This document shows positions 9,681-12,975 of a stretch of 12,975 bases of DNA, in pieces. Below the pieces are notes generated by a model. It was not told where the DNA came from, did no database searches, and worked only from the letters and a program-made list of their open reading frames with translations. The first letter of the stretch is position 1. Every line of letters starts with the position of its first letter. The DNA comes from Zygnema circumcarinatum SAG 698-1b (taxonomy: Eukaryota > Plantae > Zygnematophyceae), in the NCBI GenBank assembly GCA_037447605.1, contig JBBHKD010000039.1, positions 1 through 12,975 on the forward strand, read 5' to 3'. The position numbers and the translations under genes were made by a program.

Positions 9681-10484
9681 ACTCAAACTTTATGTGCATA
9701 CGGCGGACACACTGTAGAGTGACGCTAAGAAATTTCGGTGCAAAAAAGTAAAAGACAAAAAAGTTATGTATAACGGAGTGGACGTGTATAGGAACGCAAC
9801 CTATTGCACGTGTGACATAAACGTCCATATCTGAATAGGGAGAACGCTTAATTGACTCAAACTTTATGTGCATACGGCGGACACACTGTACAGTGACGCT
9901 AAGAAATTTCGGTGCAAAAAAGTAAAAGACAAAAAAGTTAATAACGGAGTGGACGTGTATAGGAACGCAACCTATTGCACGTGTGACATAAACGTCCATA
10001 TCTGAATAGGGAGAACGCTTAATTGACTCAAACTTTTGTGAATACAGCGAGGACCTGCTTGTAGAGTGACAATGAGAAATTTCAGTTAAAAAAAGTAAAA
10101 GACAAAAAAGTTAAGTATAACGGAGTGGACGTGTATAGGAACGCAACCTATTGCACGTGTCACAAAAACGTCCATATCTGAATAGGGAGAACGCTTAATT
10201 GACTCAAACTTTATGGGCATACGGCGGACACACTGTAGAGTGACGCTGAGAAATTTCGGTGCAAAAAAGTAAAAGACAAAAAAGTTATGTATAACGGAGT
10301 GGACGTGTATAGGAACGCAACCTATTGCACGTGTGACATAAACGTCCATATCTGAATAGGGAGAACGCTTAATTGACTCAAACTTTATGTGCATACGGCG
10401 GACACACTGTAGAGTGACGCTAGGAAATTTCGGTGCAAAAAAGTAAAAGACAAAAAGTTATGTATAACGGAGTGGACGTGTATA

Positions 10485-11140
10485 GGAACATAACCTGTTG
10501 CGTGTGACATAAGCGATCCATATCACAGACAGGAGAGCAGCAATTGACTCCAAACTTTTTACAATGAATACAGCGGACACACTGCTTGAGTGACGCTGAA
10601 ATTTCAGTGCAAAAAGTAAAAGACAAAAAGTTAGCATATGTATAGCGAATTGGACTGGCGTGTATAGGGGCTGCAAAATTGCACGATGGCGTTATAAACG
10701 TCATCTGAATATAGGGAGAACGCTTAATTGGCTCAAACTTTATGTGCGCATACGGCGGACCTGCGTGAAATTGACGCTAAGGAGAATTTCGGTGCAAAAA
10801 GTAAAAGATAAAAAAGTTATGTATAACCGAGGGGACGTGTACAGGAGCGGACCCTCTTGCACTAGTCACAGAACCGTCGATATCTGAATAGGGAGAACGC
10901 TTAATTGACTCAAACTTTTTGTGAATACGGCGGACACAACGTAGGTGACGCTGAGAAATGTAAGACCTCAAAAAGTAAAAGACAAAAAGTTATGTATAGC
11001 GTTGGACGATGTATAGGGCAAGCCTATTGCGTGGCATGGCGATCCGCATATCACAGTGGGAGGCAGCAATTGACTAAAACTTTATGTCCAATGCATACGG
11101 CCCGGACACACTGTAGAGTGGCGTTAAGAAATTTCGGTTA
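10485..11140. other. Longest indel-rich degraded stretch, M61-M64 (probable sequencing-error burst)
   Basis: Four consecutive degraded but alignable monomers. The 174-bp register is roughly kept (starts about 10463, 10641, 10822, 10995, 11168). Confidence 0.65.
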
Positions 11141-12975
11141 AAAAAAGTAAAAGACAAAAAAGTTATGTATAACGGAGTGGACGTGTATAGGAACGCAACC
11201 TATTGCACGTGTCACAAAAACGTCCATATCTGAATAGGGAGAACGCTTACGGAGACTCAAACGTTTTGTGCATACGGCGGACACACTGTAGAGTGACTCT
11301 AAGAAATTTCGGTGCAAAAAAGTAAAAGACAAAAAAGTTAAGTATAACGGAGTGGACGTGTATAGGAACGCAACCTATTGCAGGTGTGACATAAACGTCC
11401 ATATCTGAATAGGGAGAACGCTTAATTGACTCAAACGTTTTGTGCATACGGCGGACACACTATAGAGTGACGCTGAGAAATTTCGGTGCAAAAAAGTAAA
11501 AGACAAAAAAGTTATGTATAACGGAGTGGACGTGTATAGGAACGCAACCTATTGCACGTGTGACATAAACGTCCATATTTGAATAGGGAGAACGCTTAAT
11601 TGACTCAAACTTTATGTGCATACGGCGGGCACACTGTAGAGTGACGCTAAGAAATTTCGGTGCAAAAAAGTAAAAGACAAAAAAGTTATGTATAACGGAG
11701 TGGACGTGTATAGGAACGCAACCTATTGCACGTGTGACATAAACGTCCATATCTGAATAGGGAGAACGCTTAATTGACTCAAACTTTTTGTGAATACGGC
11801 GGACACACTGTAGAGTGACGCTGAGAAATTTCGGTGCAAAAAAGTAAAAGACAAAAAAGTTATGTATAACGGAGTGGACGTGTATAGGAACGCAACCTAT
11901 TGCACGTGTGACATAAACGTCCATATCTGAATAGGGAGAACGCTTAATTGACTCAAACTTTATGTGCATACGGCGGACACACTGTAGAGTGACGCTAAGA
12001 AATTTCGGTGCAAAAAAGTAAAAGACAAAAAAGTTATGTATAACGGAGTGGACGTGTATAGGAACGCAACCTATTGCACGTGTCACAAAAACGTCCATAT
12101 CTGAATAAGGAGAACGCCAAATTGACTCAAACTTTTTGTGCATACGGCGGATTCACTGTAGAGTGACGCTGAGAAATTTCGGTGCAAAAAAGTAAAAGAC
12201 AAAAAAGTTATATATAACGGAGTGGACGTGTATAGGAACGCAACCTATTGCACGTGTGACATAAACGTCCATATCTGAATAGGGAGAACGCTTAATTGAC
12301 TCAAACTTTATGTGCATACGGCGGACACACTGTAGAGTGACGCTAAGAAATTTCGGTGCAAAAAAGTAAAAGACAAAAAAGTTATGTATAACGGAGTGGA
12401 CGTGTATAGGAACGCAACCTATTGCACGTGTCACAAAAACGTCCATATCTGAATAGGGAGAACTCTTAACAGACTCAAACGTTTTGTGCATACGGCGGAC
12501 ACACTGTAGAGTGACTCTAAGAAATTTCGGTGCAAAAAATTAAAAGACAAAAAAGTTAAGTATAACGGAGTGGACGTGTATAGGAACGCAACCTATTGCA
12601 GGTGTGACATAAACGTCCATATCTGAATAGGGAGAACGCTTAATTGACTCAAACTTTTTGTGAATACGGCGGACACACTGTAGAGTGACGCTGAGAAATT
12701 TCGGTGCAAAAAAGTAAAAGACAAAAAAGTTATGTATAACGGAGTGGACGTGTATAGGAACGCAACCTATTGCACGTGTGACATAAACGTCCATATCTGA
12801 ATAGGGAGAACGCTTAATTGACTCAAACTTTATGTGCATACGGCGGACACACTGTAGAGTGACGCTAAGAAATTTCGGTGCAAAAAAGTAAAAGACAAAA
12901 AAGTTATGTATAACGGAGTGGACGTGTATAGTAACGCAACCTATTGCACGTGTCACAAAACGTCCATATCTGAGA

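Larger units (their letters stand above)
1..12975. repeat. Tandem satellite DNA array, 174-bp monomer, about 74.6 head-to-tail copies; runs off both window ends
   Basis: The anchor TATAACGGAGTGGACGTG recurs at 2, 176, 350, 523, 697, 871, 1045, 1219, 1393, 1567 ... 12213, 12387, 12561, 12735, 12909, a 174-bp spacing apart from small indels. All copies have the same orientation and no unique spacer or insertion was seen. The ORF track independently shows a 58-aa (174-nt) period. Confidence 0.98.

Noticed and set aside
1775-11141. Short plus-strand ORFs (1775-1981, 10660-10887, 10905-11141)
   Set aside because: All three plus frames have stops in the consensus. These ORFs exist only where degraded sequence removed the stops.
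382-12956. Minus-strand ORFs (429, 584, 299, 293, 227 aa etc.) as protein-coding genes
   Set aside because: They are the 58-codon satellite unit read repeatedly. One open frame is likely by chance (only 4 minus-strand stop triplets per unit). ORF ends coincide with indels or a recurrent TAA allele, variation is mostly missense, and I recognise no domain.
1-12975. CRISPR array
   Set aside because: There are no unique spacers; the whole 174 bp is repeated, and no cas genes or leader are present.
1-12975. Rolling-circle concatemer of one small circle (viroid-like RNA, eccDNA, RCA library artefact)
   Set aside because: A single 174-nt template would give identical copies with random errors. Here distinct multi-site haplotypes recur in ordered 3- and 6-mer patterns, and those HOR copies also differ from each other.
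1-12975. Assignment to a named satellite (alpha satellite, CEN178, CentBr, Xenopus Fcr1 or others of similar length)
   Set aside because: Only the length is similar and I do not recognise sequence identity to any of them. BLASTN, Dfam or Repbase searches are needed.
1-12975. 5S rRNA, tRNA or snRNA tandem gene array, or rDNA spacer subrepeats
   Set aside because: No 5S sequence, cloverleaf or A/B-box pair is recognisable, and no rRNA coding sequence flanks the array within the window.
12971-12975. Terminal departure from consensus (TGAGA instead of TGAAT) as an array boundary
   Set aside because: Only the last two bases differ, which is too little to call a junction. A ragged read or contig end is more likely.

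Overview
The whole window (1-12975) is one uninterrupted head-to-tail tandem satellite of a 174-bp monomer: about 74.6 copies, about 40% GC, A-rich on the + strand. I found no unique sequence, genes, RNA genes or mobile elements. I number monomers M1-M75 from the word TATAACGGAG. The consensus is TATAACGGAGTGGACGTGTATAGGAACGCAACCTATTGCACGTGTGACATAAACGTCCATATCTGAATAGGGAGAACGCTTAATTGACTCAAACTTTTTGTGAATACGGCGGACACACTGTAGAGTGACGCTGAGAAATTTCGGTGCAAAAAAGTAAAAGACAAAAAAGTTATG. The long minus-strand ORFs are read-throughs of the 58-codon unit, not credible genes. The informative signal is the order of monomer variants. 176-4351 is a nested higher-order repeat (3-mer inside 6-mer, A-B-C-A-B-D). The phase then breaks, diagnostic alleles turn over from left to right, and blocks are duplicated at 2-4 kb distance. 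Several indel-rich bursts share recurrent non-consensus words and look like long-read basecalling error laid over the real array. I cannot assign the family or the organism from sequence alone, and I see no evidence of a novel gene system.
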